The notes beneath the pieces were generated by a model, which was given only the letters and a program-made list of their open reading frames with translations, was not told the origin of the DNA and did not search any database. Both the position numbers and the translations under genes were made by a program. 64,000 nucleotides of DNA from Heterodontus francisci (Eukaryota): contig NW_027141175.1 of assembly GCF_036365525.1 (NCBI RefSeq), forward strand, positions 2,356,001-2,420,000, read 5' to 3'. Of this stretch, positions 12,200 to 24,944 are shown piece by piece (position 1 is the first letter of the stretch; every line of letters starts with the position of its first letter).

Positions 12200-14000
12200 C
12201 AGATTGGAGGGTGGCAAATGTAACCTCACTATTTTAAAAAGGAGAGAGAGAAAAAACAGGGAATTACGGACCAGTTAGCCTTACATCAGTAGTGGGGAAA
12301 GTGCGAGAGTCTATTATAAAGGATGTGGTAGCAGAACACCTGGAAAGCATAAACGGGTTTGGACAAAGACAGCATGGGTTAACGAAAGGGAAATCTTGCT
12401 TAACAAATCTACTGGCGTTTTTGAGGATGGAACTAGTAGAATAGATAAAGGAGAACCAGGGGATGTGTTGTATCTAGATTTTAAGAAGGCTTTTGATAAG
12501 GTCCCACATAAGAGGTTCGTGTGCAAAATTGAAGCAGATGGGATTGGGGGTAATATACTGGCATTGATTGAGAATTGCTTGACAGACAGGAAACAGAGAG
12601 TAGGAATAAACGGGCCTTTTGCCAGGTGGCAGGCAGTGACGTGTGGCGTACTACAGGGATCAGTGCCTGGGCCCCAGCTATTCACAATATATATTAATGA
12701 CTTGGGTGAGGGAACATTTCCAGGTTTGCAGACGACACAAAGCTGGGGAGGAAACTGAGTTGTGAGGAGTATGCAAAGAGGCTCCAATGTGATTTGGACA
12801 AGTTGGGTGAGTGGGCAAATGCATGGCAGATGCAGTATAACTTGGATAAATGTGAGGTTATTCACTTCTGTTGTAAAAACAGAAAGGCAGATTATTATCT
12901 GAATGGTGACAGATTGGGAAAGGGGGAGGTGCAAAGAGACCTGGGTGTCCTTGTACACCAGTCGCTGAAAGCAAATATTCAGGTGCAGCAAGCAGTTAGG
13001 AAGGCAAATGGTATGTTGGCCTTCATTGCAAGCGGATTTGAGTACAGGAGCAAGGAAGTCTTACTACAGTTATACAGGGCTTTGGTGAGAGCACATCTGA
13101 AGTATTGTGTGCAGTTTTGGTCTCCTTATCTGAGGAAGGATGTTCTTGCCATGGAGGGAGTGCAAAGAAGATTTACCAGGCTGATTCCTGGGATGGCAGG
13201 ATTGACAATGAGGAGAGATTGGGTTGACTAGGCCTATATTCACTAGAGTTTAGAATAATGAGAGGGAATCTCATAGAAACCTATAAAATTCTAACAACAC
13301 TAGTCAGGCTATATGCAGGGAGGATGTTCCTGATGGCTGGGGAGTCCAGAATCAGGGGTCACGGTCTCAGGATATGGGTATGCCATTTAGAACCGAGATG
13401 AGGAGAAATTTCTTCACTCAGAGGGTGATGAACTTGTGGAATTCTCTACAAAGAAAGTTACAGCACAGGAACAGGCCCTTCGGCCCTCCAAGCCTGCGCC
13501 GATCCAGATCCTCTATCTAAACATGTCGCCTATTTTCTAAGGGTCTGTATCTCTTTGCTTCCTGCCCATTCATGTATCTGTCTAGATACATCTTAAAAGA
13601 CGCTATCGTGTCCACGTCTACCACCTCCGCTGGCAACGTGTTCCAGGCACCCACCACCCTCTGCGTAAAGAACTTTCCACGCATATCCCCCCCGAAACTT
13701 TTCCCCTCTCACTTTGAACTCGTGACCCCTAATAATTGAATCCCCCACTCTGGGAAAAAGCTTCTTGCTATCCACCCTGTCTATACCTCTCATGATTTTG
13801 TACTGCAGAAGGCAGTGGAGGCCAAGTCATTAAAGATATTCAAGAAGGAGATAGATATATTTCTTAATACAAAAGGGATCAAGGGATATGGGGAGAAAGC
13901 GGGAAGAGGGTACTGAATTATATGATCAGACTTGATCATTTTTGAATGGCAGAGCAGGGCCGAATGTCCTACTCCTGCTCCAATTTTTCTATGTTTTCTG
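12200..14000 (+). mobile_element. CR1 LINE ORF2 3' half nested in the older CR1
   Basis: DVLYLDFKKAFDKVPH, GVLQGSVPGPQLFTIYINDL, YCVQFWSPYLRKD; CR1 3' UTR ends near 14000. Confidence 0.88.
13450..13803 (-). mobile_element. Young CR1 family, short 3' fragment
   Basis: Nearly identical to 38322-38690 and 46195-46560. Confidence 0.9.
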
Positions 14001-14689
14001 CGATGACTGACTTAATCATTGGTTCCAGCATTTTCTCAATGGCAGACATTAGGCTAACAGGCCTATCGTTGCCTGCTTTCTCTTTACTGCTTTCTTGAAC
14101 AGGGACCTTACATTTGCAGTTTAATATCCACTGGAACTGTTGCAGGATCTAGGGAATTTAAGAAGATTACAACCAATGCATCCACTATCTATGCAGACAC
14201 TTCTTTTAAACCTTAGAATGTAGGCCATCAGATCCAGGGGACTTGTCAACCTTTAGTCCCATTAGTTTTCCAAAAACATGTTTTTCTCGCGATGGTGATG
14301 TTTTAAGATCCCCCCTCCTTACTCCCCTTGATTTTCTACTATTTTTGTGATGTTTTTTCTGTCTACTTCTGTGAAGACAGATGAAAAATTCTTGTTCAGA
14401 GTATCTGCCATTTCCTTGCTTCTCTTGGATCAATCGTTCAACGGAAACCGACAGCTGCTGTTTAAAATGTTTCCTTGACACTACTCACCTGGCGCCAGCA
14501 ATAGGTGTTGTTTGCATAACTGTCCCCATCCCTACTGTCTGGCTCTGTTCCCTCTATTCACTGCTCAATAACAACACAGTGTGAAACTGGAGCTAAACCA
14601 TGAACATGCATTACAGGTTTGAGGAGGGAAAACAACAATGATTCTCAACAGCAGCTTCTTCCTGCTCTGTCTCCGTTACCTTGTCCACA

Positions 14690-14985
14690 AACAGCCTGAG
14701 AAAGGCTTCTCCTTCCGCGCTCACTCCATGTTCCTGTTCCACTCCGCCTCTTACAAACAGCCCCCAACTCCCCCTGAACTTGCTCCGTAGTCAATGCTGA
14801 TCTCTGAGCCCCTCTGCGGACAGGTTCTCAAAGCGATGTGCTGCTGGAAGGAGACTGCTGTTTACTCACTTACCCCGGGGCTCTAAGTCTCCATTCCCGT
14901 CTGTTTCAAACAAACTTCTTCCGCTCACTAATTAAATGACGCAGAAGGACACGGCTGGAGGAGGCGCATCGCGCATGCGCTTCAT
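14690..14985 (-). promoter_or_regulatory. CpG-rich promoter/first-exon-like repeat ('P') with NRF1-type palindrome GCGCATGCGC (14971-14980) and ETS-like CGGAAG
   Basis: Homologous to 27400-27700(+) and 42340-42620(-); function inferred only. Confidence 0.45.
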
Positions 14986-15017
14986 TCCCCACTCATTTAC
15001 AAAAGAAAATAAATTGG

Positions 15018-15155
15018 AATAAAAGCAAAATACTGCGGATGCTGGAAATCTGAAATAAAAACAAGAAATGCTGGAACCACTCAGCAGGTCTGGCAGTATC
15101 TGTGAAAAGTGAAGCAGAGTTAACGTTTCGGGTCAGTAACCCTTCATCGGAACTG
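15018..15155 (-). mobile_element. Penelope terminal-repeat-like short element with hammerhead-like core
   Basis: aaaagcaaaatactgcggatgctggaaatctgaaat...cagcaggtctggcag...aacgtttcgggtc; related pieces at 5215-5250, 26145-26265, 50285-50490, 52307-52390. Confidence 0.6.
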
Positions 15156-16069
15156 ACAAAAATAAACTGGAACTTTCCCCAGTTCAGTTATCTCCGAGTT
15201 TGAGCAAAGGAACTGGGGCTGTGGGGAAAGGTCAGAGAACGTTTCAAGCTGGGGGATTCCCCCTTTCTGAAGCTCAGTTTGACATCATTCCCTGCAGTGT
15301 GTTTGCTCTTCATTCACCCGTCTTCTCAAAGCAATCCTCCGAGGGAGTCGCTGTGTTTGCTGCGATCGCGCAGGAGTTAATATCTGACAGTAACAGTCCC
15401 AGATTAATGTCATCACATTGAAACTATCCTTCACTGACAGTCATATCGAGCGGTGTGAGCTGAGAGATTACAGAGATCAACAGGGCCAAGAGCGTTAAAT
15501 TTGGAACATTGTTCACCTCACTCTTTAACTGTTACCCAGAGTCTAGGAATAATAATGTGTCTGTTTCTGATACAATATCAGTTAGAGATGAGACTGCACC
15601 GTCTGTCTCCCACGGATCTTTCAAGATAAAATGAGGCTTCCAGGTCAGCCTGTAACTGCTGATGGGGATCTCTCTCTCTCTCTCACTTATTCACTTTCAG
15701 CTCTGTCTCTAGTGCTCCATAAAAACGTGGGACCCAGTTATTGGGTGTGATATGGACACACGAATAGAAAATGCACTATTGACACTCCCTCTCTAATGCT
15801 GTACATATGTTTGGGATACCATTATTTAGGATGATATGTATGCACTTTATTGTGTTACTAATACTGTCTCTGATGATACATGAGAATGTGTAATACAGTG
15901 TGATATGGACACACTGTTACGAATGGTCGGACTGATTCTCTCTCTCTCTGTGGTGCTGTATATGAAAAGGGGATAATGTTAGTGAGCATGATAGAATCAT
16001 AGAAGGTTAAAGGCAGAGAAAGAGACCACTTGGCCCATCATCGTATGCGGCAGCCGAAAAACAGTGAAC

Positions 16070-19000
16070 GTAAAGGAATGGCAGGGGGGCTTCAACCTCG
16101 AGAGTCCACCTCCTGCGCTATGTGGGAGCTCCTGGATGCTTCCCGTGTCCTGGAGAACCATTTGGCGGTCATCACCTCGTAGCAGATGTAATGTACAACA
16201 ATACTCCGCTCTCGTTGATTGACGTCTATGCCCCGGTTCAATGCAGCGAGCGGCTGACCGTCTTCCAGCATCTCCCACTGCTGCTGGCGACGTCCAGGCC
16301 GGTCATCCTAGGCAGTGACTTCAACGGCATCATCGATGCACCTGGATGATCCGGCAGAGACGACAGAAAACTGGATGCTATGTCCAGATTCTTAATAGAA
16401 ACAGTAAAAGATGCCAAACTGCACGACGTCTTCAGCAAACCTGCAGACAGAGCGCAGCATAGATACACATGGTCAAGAACGGACGGGTCTGCCCATTCCA
16501 GGATTGACTTCCTATTTGTGTCCCGTGTTTTCACGGTCAGATCCACCGACGTCAAGCCGGTGTTATTCTCCAAGCATTGCCTTTTACTGGCTGACTTTCA
16601 CTTACAGGATGACCAGCGGGTTGGCAGGGGGACATGGAAGCTCAATGCTACACTGCTAACCCCAGAGAATGTTGAGGAACTCAAAAGGGATTACAAAGGT
16701 TGGAGGACCGTGAAACCCCCACCTTTGAGTCTCCAGTTCAGTGGTGGGAAGCGATCAAGGAGAATATCAAGAGGTTCTTTATCTTCAAAGCGGTTCAGAG
16801 GGCGAGAGAGAGAGACAGATGGAAATGTCACGACTCCAGAAAAGTATGCAAAATCTGCTCTGGCTTCAGTCGATGGGGGTCAAGGTCAAGGAGGACCTTC
16901 ATGAGGTGAAGAGCCAACAGGCCTCGCTCTTTGCCACGGAGGCCTCCAAGATCATCTTCCAGTCCAGAGTCCGCTCCATTGAGCAGGATGAGATGTGCTT
17001 GTGTTACTTCTTCTAAAAGGTACACAGAGAGAGCTCTGTTATCAGCAGCCTGAAGGAAGAGGACGGCTCGGTAACGTCTTCGCAGTCCGACATACTAAGG
17101 ATCAGCAAATCCTTTTATGCTGGGCTGTATGACGCGAAGCCCACAGACAGCAGAGCCTCCCAGTCCTTACTGTCATCTATCACAGAGGTCTTAGATGACA
17201 GCAGGCGGGAGAGACTGGACAAACCGCTAATTCTGGATGAGCTGACTAAGGCCATCAAATCCTTCGAGATAAGTAAAACTCCTGGAAGCGACGGCTTACC
17301 GGTTGAGCTGTATTTGGCCCTGTGGGACTGGGTCGGCCCGGACCTGCTGGAAGTATACGACAGTATGCTCCTAGCCGGCAGCATGTCAGAATCCATGAGG
17401 AAAGCCATCATCACCCTCATCTACAAGGGGAAGGGGGAGAGGGCAGAAATCAGAAATTGGCGGCCCATCTCACTGCTTAATGTAGACTACAACATACTGT
17501 CAAAAGTCATAGCCAGTCGAGTCAAGTCTGCTCTGGAGTTGGTGATCCACCCTGATCAGACCTGTACTTTACCCACTCAGGGACACGATCACCCACATAC
17601 GGGACAGGAGGGTGGACACCTACCTCATCAGCCTGGAGCAGGAGAAGGCTTTTGACAGGATATCGCACACCTGCATGATGGACGTACATTCCAAAATGGG
17701 GTTTGGGGAGGGAATCTGCAATTGGATCAAACTGCTCTACACAAACATCAGTAGCACAGTCTCAATCCATGGGTGGGAATCAGAAAGTTTCCCGATCCAA
17801 TCTGGAGTCAGACAGGGTTGTCCTCTCTCCCCAGTCTTGTTTATTTGCTGTATTGAACCCTTTGCTGAGTCTATTAGGAAGGATGCGAGCATAAGAGGGG
17901 TGACAATCCCAGACAGTGGAGGCACTCAGGTTAAAACCTCCCTGGACATGGATGACGTCGCGGCCTTCTGCTCGAACCCGCTGTCTGTGCGCAGACTGAT
18001 GAGCATCTGCGACCAGTTCGCACTGGCCTTGGGAGCCAACGTTAACCACGGCAAGAGAGAGGCCATGTTCTTTGGGAACTGGGCTGACCGATCCTTTGTC
18101 CCCTTCACCGTCAGGTCAGACTACCTGAAGGTGCTGGGGATATGGTTCTGAAGGGCCGCGGGATGCACCAAAACCTGGAAGGAGCGAGTAGCCAGGGTAC
18201 AACACAAGCTGAGCATGTGGGAGCAGCAACTTTCTCCATTATGGGTAAGAACCTGGTCATCAGGTGCTAGGGGCTCACGTTGTTGCTGTAAGTGGCACAG
18301 GTCTGGCCCATACCCCATTCCTGCGCTGTGGCGATCACCCAAGTCATTTTCCGCTTCATCTCTGGATCCAAAATGGACCGGGTCCAAAGGGACATGATGT
18401 TCAAAGCTCTGGATAAGGGCGGGCATAATGTACCCAATATCACCCTCATCCTGATGACTACCTTCGTGTGCGGCTGCATCTAGCTGTGTGCAGATCCCTA
18501 ATACGCCAACACCAAGTGTCACTACGTGCTGAGATTCTCTCTATCCCCAGTGTTGTGAAGGAAGGGCCTGGTCGCATTGCCGTGGAACGCTCCATCTAGT
18601 TGGATTGTGCCGCACCACCAATCCTTCGTGGAACAGTTTCTGCGGAAAACACCTTTGACCACCAATCCATCAGGCAGTGGTCTGCACGGAATGTCCTCAA
18701 GGCCCTACGGGAAAAGGAGATGGTGGATCCTGTCGGATGGTTACCCGAGCAGACCGCCAAATCATTTGGTGGAATGCCTCATCACCAGAACTTTCAAACA
18801 AGCACCAAGGTGTAGCTTGGCTGGTGGTGAGAAGAGCCCTCCCCGTCAGATCCTTCCTGCACGCCCGAAGTCTCACCCCCTCCGCACAATGCCCTCGAAG
18901 TGGCTGTGGTGGGGATGAGATGGTTGCCCAGCTTCTTCTGGAATGTGTCTTTGCAAAGCAGGTGTGGAAAGAGATGCATTGGTTTTTGTCGAGGTTCATC

Positions 19001-22000
19001 CCAAGCAGCTCTGCAACACAGGAGTCTGTGCTCTATGGGCTGTTCCCAGGGACACATACCGAGATAACCACAACTGCTGCTGGAGGACTATCAATTCGGT
19101 GAAAGACACTCTTTGGTCTGCCCAAAACCTGGTGGTCTTCCAGCGCAAAGAGTTGTCCACCACCGAATGTTGCAGACTGGCACACTCCAAGGTCCAGGAC
19201 TACGTGTTGAGGGACGCACTAAAGCTTGGGGCATCTGCAGCAAAGGCTCAATGGGGAAAGGCCAGCATGTAAGCTCCCCCCACCAAGCTGAACTGAGGGG
19301 CTGGATCCATGGAAAACCCCTCAAACTGGAGCAGGAAAATTTTCGTTTGCCATAAAATGTATATGGCATGAAAAATGAAATGGAAGGGTTGTGAGGCAAC
19401 TCACTCCTGTATTGAAGGAAACTGACCTCCTTCGCACTGTTTGTATTTTTTGACTTGGTGCTGTTTGGAACTGTTTTGTAATGTTTTTTTTTACAGATCT
19501 TTATGAATAAAGTATATTTTGGAAATAAAATAACATTTGTGCAAGTAAGTGTTGTCAATTGCGGCTGCTTGAGCTCTGGGTTTGGAACTTGAGCAGCAGC
19601 TGGAGACACAGCTGTGCATTCATGAGGAGAGTTACATGGAAAGCATGTTCATAGATGTGGTCACCCCACAGCTTAAGAGTACGCAGGGAGAGAGGGAATG
19701 GGTGACCACAAGGCAGTCAAAAAGAATCAGGCAGGAAGTGCAGGACACCCCGAGTGCATCTCACTCTCCAACAGGTATTCAGTTCTGAATACGGAGGACA
19801 GTGATGCTTCACCGGGGGAGTGCAGCCAGATCCAAGTCCATGGCACCATGGGTGACTCAGCCGCAAAGGTGGGTACAGGGAAGATTGGAAAAGCCATAGT
19901 GATAGATGATTCAACAGTGAAGGGAACAATCAGCTGTTTCTGTGGCCACTGACGTGAATCCAGGAATGGTGTGTTGCCTCCCTGGTGCCAGGGTCAAGGA
20001 TGTCATTGAGCAGTTACAGAGCATCCTGAAGGGGGAGGGTGAACAGCCAGCATTTGTGGTCCACATCGGAACCAACAACATAGGTAGAAATAAGGATGTT
20101 GTCCTGCAGTCAGAATTTATGAAGCGAGGTAAGAAATTAGCAAGCAGGGCATCAAAAGTAGTAATCTCCGGATTATTCCCAGTGCCACGCGCAAGTGAGT
20201 ACAGGAATAAAAGGATAAGACAGATGAATGTGTGGCTGGAAAGATGGTGCAGGAGGGAGGGCTTTAGATTATTGGGACAGGTCACACGGATTGCAGTTGA
20301 ACAGAGCCTGGACAGAGTTCCTTGCGGGACATTTTGCTAGTGCTGTTGGCGAGGGTTTAAACTCATTTAGCAGGGGGATGGGAACCGGAAGGTAGAGTCA
20401 GATGGGACAAAATCAGAAATGAAAATGGAAGGCAGAAAATTAATGGATGAGTCTGGAAGAAAGAGGAAACAATGGTTAGAAAATTTAAAAAGAGTTTGGC
20501 AGTGCTCAAGCATATCTTTTTCAATGCAAGGAGTATAGAAAATAAAGCAGATGAGCTGAGGGCACAAATAGACATGTGGCAGTATGATATCATAGCTATT
20601 ACAGAAACATGGCTTAAGGATGGACAGGAATAGCAGCTCAACATTCCTGGTTACAGGGTTTTCAGATGTGATAGGGAGGGGGATAAGAAAGGAGGGGGGT
20701 GGCAGTTTTGCTCAAAGTAACTATTAAAGCTGTGAAGACGGATGATATGTTGGAAGGTTTATCAAATGAGGCCGTATAGATTGAGCTGAGGAACAAAAAA
20801 GGGGCAATCACACTGCTGAGAGTGTGCTATAGACCCCCAAACAGGAGATAGAAGAGCAGATATGTAGGCAAATCTCTGGGAAGTGCAAGAACAATAGAGC
20901 AGTAATAGTAGGGGATTTTAACCACCCCAACATGAACTGGGATACTTTTAGTGTGAAAGGAATTGAGGGAGCAGAATTCTTGAGGTGCATTCCGGAGAAC
21001 TTTTTTAGCCAATATGTAGCAAGTCCAACAAGAGAGGGTGCAGTTTTAGATGTAGTTTTAGGAAATTAAGATAGGCAGGTGGAAGGAGTGGCAGTGGGAG
21101 AGCATTTTGGTGGCAGTGATCATAATTCAGTCAGTTTTAACATAATTATGTAAAGGACAAGGATAGAACAGGTGTTTAAGTTCTCAGTTGGGGCAAGGAC
21201 AACTTTACTAAGCTGAGGAGTGAGTTAGCAAAAGTGGACTGGAAACAGCTACTTGATGGTAAATCAATGTCAGAGCAGTGGGAAGCACTCAAAGGGGAGA
21301 TTCCAGGGGTTCAGAGTCAATATGTTCCCACAAAGAAAAAGGGTGGGAAGGCCAAATCTCGAGCCCCATGGATCTTATAAGGTAGTATTATAAGGCAGTA
21401 ACAGAAAGCTTATGCCCGACTCAGAGAACTCAATACTACTGAAAGCCGAGAGGTGTATCGAATGTGGAGGGGGGTAATCAACATTGAAATTAGGAAAGCT
21501 AAGAGAGGGCATGAAAGAATCAAAATCAAGGTTCGCACAAAGATGTTTTATCAATACATTAACAGAAAAAGGATAACTATGGAAAGAGTAGGGCCCATAA
21601 AAGATCATGAAGGTAAACTATGTGTCGAGGCAGAAGATGTTGGCACTGTTCTTAATAAATACTTTGCATCTGTCTTCACAAAAGAGGGTGATGATGCAGA
21701 TATTGGAGTTAAGGAAGAAGGGTATGAAGTATTGGATGTGATCAATAGAGGGAGAGAGGACATATTAGTGACAGGACATACAAATAGCATATTTGTAAGT
21801 TGATAAATCACTAGGGATGGATGCAATGTACCCCACGCTGTTAAAAGAAGCAAGAGAGGAAACAGCGGAAGGTTTGACCATCGTTTTCCAGACCTCACTG
21901 GATCCAGGTGTGATGCTGGAGGATTGGAAGACTGCGAACATTGTACCTCTGTTTAAAAAGAGAGTGAGGGATAGACCGAATAATTACAGGACAGTCAGTC

Positions 22001-22942
22001 TAACCTCAGTAGTGGGCAAATTATTGGAATCTATTCTGAGTGACAGGATAAAATGTCACTTAGAAAGGCACAGATTAATCAAGGATAGTCAGCATGGATT
22101 TGTTAAGGGAAGATCTTGTCTGCCCAACTTGATTGAAATTTTGAAGAATTAACAAGGAAAATAGATGAGGGTAGTGCAGTTGATGTAGTCTACATGGATG
22201 TAAATGGAGGGGGCATGATCAAGAAGTTTGCAGATGACACAAAGATTGGCTGTGTGATAAATAGCAAGGAGGATAGCTGTAGGCTGCAGGAAGATCTTCA
22301 TGGTCTGGTCAGATGCACAGAAAAATGACAAATGGAATTCAATCCAGAGAAGTGTGAGGTGATGCATTTGGGGAGGTCAAACAAGGCAAAGGAATGCACG
22401 ATTAAGAGGAAAATGCTGAGAGGTGTAAAGAAAGTGAGGTACCTTGGAGTAAATGTCCACAGATCCCTGAAGGTAGCAGGGCAGGTCGATAAGGTGGTAA
22501 GAAGACAATATGGAATCCTTTCCTTTATTAGCTGAGGTATAGAATATAAGAGCAGGGAGGTTATGCTGGAACTGTATAAATCATTAGTCAGGATACAACT
22601 TGAGTACTGTGTGCAGTTCTGATCACCTCATTACAGAAAGGATGTAATTGCACTAGAGAGGGTACAGAGGAGATTTACGAGGATGTTGCCGGGACTGGCA
22701 AAATGCAGCTTTGAGGAAAGATTGAATAGTCTGGGGCTATTCTCCTTGGCACAGAGAAGACTGAGGGGAGATCTGACTGGCATGTACAAAATTTGTGGAG
22801 TCTGGATAGAATTGAAGTGAAGGGCCTGTTTACCTTAGCAAAGAGATCAGTGACTAGGGGAATAGATTCAAAGTGATTGGCAGAAAGATCACAGGGGAGA
22901 TGAGGAAAAGATGTTTTAGCCAGAGGGTGGTGGGGGTCTGGT
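16070..22942 (+). mobile_element. Near-full-length decayed CR1 LINE (ORF1 Zn-finger plus SGNH esterase; ORF2 APE plus RT), interrupted by Tx1-like element
   Basis: ORF1 starts TSCAMWELLDASRVLENH before 16164 and resumes after 19531; KAIVIDDS and CLPGARVKDV...HIGTNNIG esterase motifs; ORF2 NYRTVSLTSVVGKLLE, QHGFVKGRSC. Confidence 0.85.
16165..19530 (+). mobile_element. Tx1/L1-clade non-LTR retrotransposon, 5'-truncated ORF2 (APE, RT, zf-RVT), decayed
   Basis: LIDVYAP, GSDFN, SRIDFLFVS, NWRPISLLNVDY, GVRQGCPLSP, C-terminal CxxxxC..E...LLLEC; 3' end aataaagtatattttggaaataaaa; imperfect TSD aaccatttg (16156-16164)/taacatttg (19531-19539). Confidence 0.9.
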
Positions 22943-23341
22943 GGAATTGATACTGTATTTTAGTTTGATATTGCATCACTTTTTAGAATGGTATGTAATG
23001 TTTACATCAATCTACACTGATGGAATTGATTCTGTCTCTTTCAATTTCACAGTGTGGGCGAGGTCTGAACTGGTATCTAATTTGTGTCTCAGCTTACAAT
23101 ATCTTTCAGCACCTTTGAAACATTCACTCCAATGAATGTTGTACTTGTATGTAACTTGTATCTCAGGGTACACTATGGGGATGTTTAAACATCCTTTATA
23201 ATGAATGGGTGTGAGCTTTGGGTATGATATTTAATTTAAATCTCAGGGTACATCACTAGGTTAGATTCTGTGCAATTCAATCAGTAGCGTGTGCCAATTC
23301 TATCTGATATTTAATTGCTAGCTCAGTCTGCATTATATTTG

Positions 23342-24056
23342 ACAGGCAGAGAGATCTGGGCGTACAGGTCCACATGTCACTGAAAGTGGCAACGCAGGTG
23401 GATAAGGTAGTCAAGAACATATGGCATGCTTTCCTTCATCGGTCGGGGCATAGAGTATAAAAATAGGCAAGTCATGCTGCAGCTGTACAGAACTTTAGTT
23501 AGGCCACACTTAGAATATTGCATGCAATTCTGGTCGCGACACAACCAGAAGGACGTGGAGGCTTTGGAGAGGGTACAGAAGAGGTTTACCAGGATGTTGC
23601 CTGGTCTGGAGGGCATTAGCTATGAGGAGAGGTTGGATAAACTCGGATTGTTTTCACTGGAACGACGGAGGTGGAGGGGCGACATGATAGAGGTTGACAA
23701 AGTTATGAGCGGCATGGACAGAGTGGATAGTCAGAATCTTTCTCCCTGGGTGGAAGAGTCAGTTACGATGGGAAAAAGGTTTAAGGTGCGAGGGGCAAAG
23801 TTTAGAGGGATGTGCGAGGCAAGTTCTTTACACAGAGGGTGGTGAGTGCCTGGAACTTGCAGCCGGGGGAAGTGGTGGAAGCAGGTACGATAGCGACGTT
23901 TAAGAGGCATCTTGACAAATACTTGAATAGGATGGGAGTAGAGGGATACGGACCCCGGAAGTGCAGAATGTTTTAGTTTAGGCAGGCATCAAGATCGGCG
24001 CAGGCTTGGAGGGCCGAATGGCCTGTTCCTGTGCTGTACTGTTCTTTGTTCTTTGT
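23342..24056 (+). mobile_element. CR1 LINE 3' fragment
   Basis: LVRPHLEYCMQFWS...RVQKRFTRMLPGL; tail gttctttgttctttg. Confidence 0.9.
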
Positions 24057-24944
24057 TAGATTGACACATTGCATTTCAATCTGCTAGTGGGTGTGTTTTT
24101 GACGTGGGATTGAAGTATCTGACTGTCAGTGGGACTCAATCGGGGTGAAATGGAAAAAACTTCTTTCTCTCCTGCTTTGTTTGGTTGTTGGATTGAAAAT
24201 GTGTCTCTGGAACTTGGGATCAATGTGAGCCTGACTACTTCTGCAGTCTGAGACCAGGGAACTGATGAACTATCTGTACTCTGAGTGGTAATGTACCTAC
24301 TGTGTGTGAGTGGAGCTGGCTGCACTGTTCCTTGTGCCTCGAGTGCAGCAACCATCACATTCATCACAATATCTTCAAATATTTTCCTGTATGAAGTAAA
24401 AAATATATCTGATAACTCAAGAACAGATGCGGTGCATAATATCAAAGAGGTCAATTTAATTTCTCAATCAATAATCATTAAGAACATCCACAAATGAAAA
24501 CCGGTGTCATTATCTGCCTCCACTGAAGTACTGAAGCTCCCAGCTCCTGCATCGCAAGTGTTCTGGGCAGATCCATCCAGACAAAACACTGCACTGGGAT
24601 CGTCCCAACTGCTCTATGCTCTACATATATTTCCAGCCATCCTGCTTCACATGCAAAAATTTTTTTTAAATGAAGCCCGATATGTACATCCCTCGATTCC
24701 TTTCTCCACATACAATTGTTCATTTGTTCCACCTCCCCTTCAGTGCATCGATACTATTCACCCCAACCTCTCCCTGTGATAACAAATTCCAGATTCGAAC
24801 CATTCACTGCGTAAATACATTTTTCATGAATTCCTCATTGGTTTTATGAATGACGATTTTATATTTTGGCTCTTGTTTCAGATGCCACCACATGTGGAAG
24901 CATGTCTCCATGTACTCTATAAAAGCCCTTCACTATTTCCTCAC

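Larger units (their letters stand above)
10575..14430 (-). mobile_element. Old CR1 LINE, split by a SINE and two younger CR1 insertions
   Basis: Minus-strand RT fragments GVSQGSVLGPQL, QHGFMKRKS...VDVVYLYFKKAF, LKVDKSPGSDGLH; CR1 tail at 10575. Confidence 0.85.
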
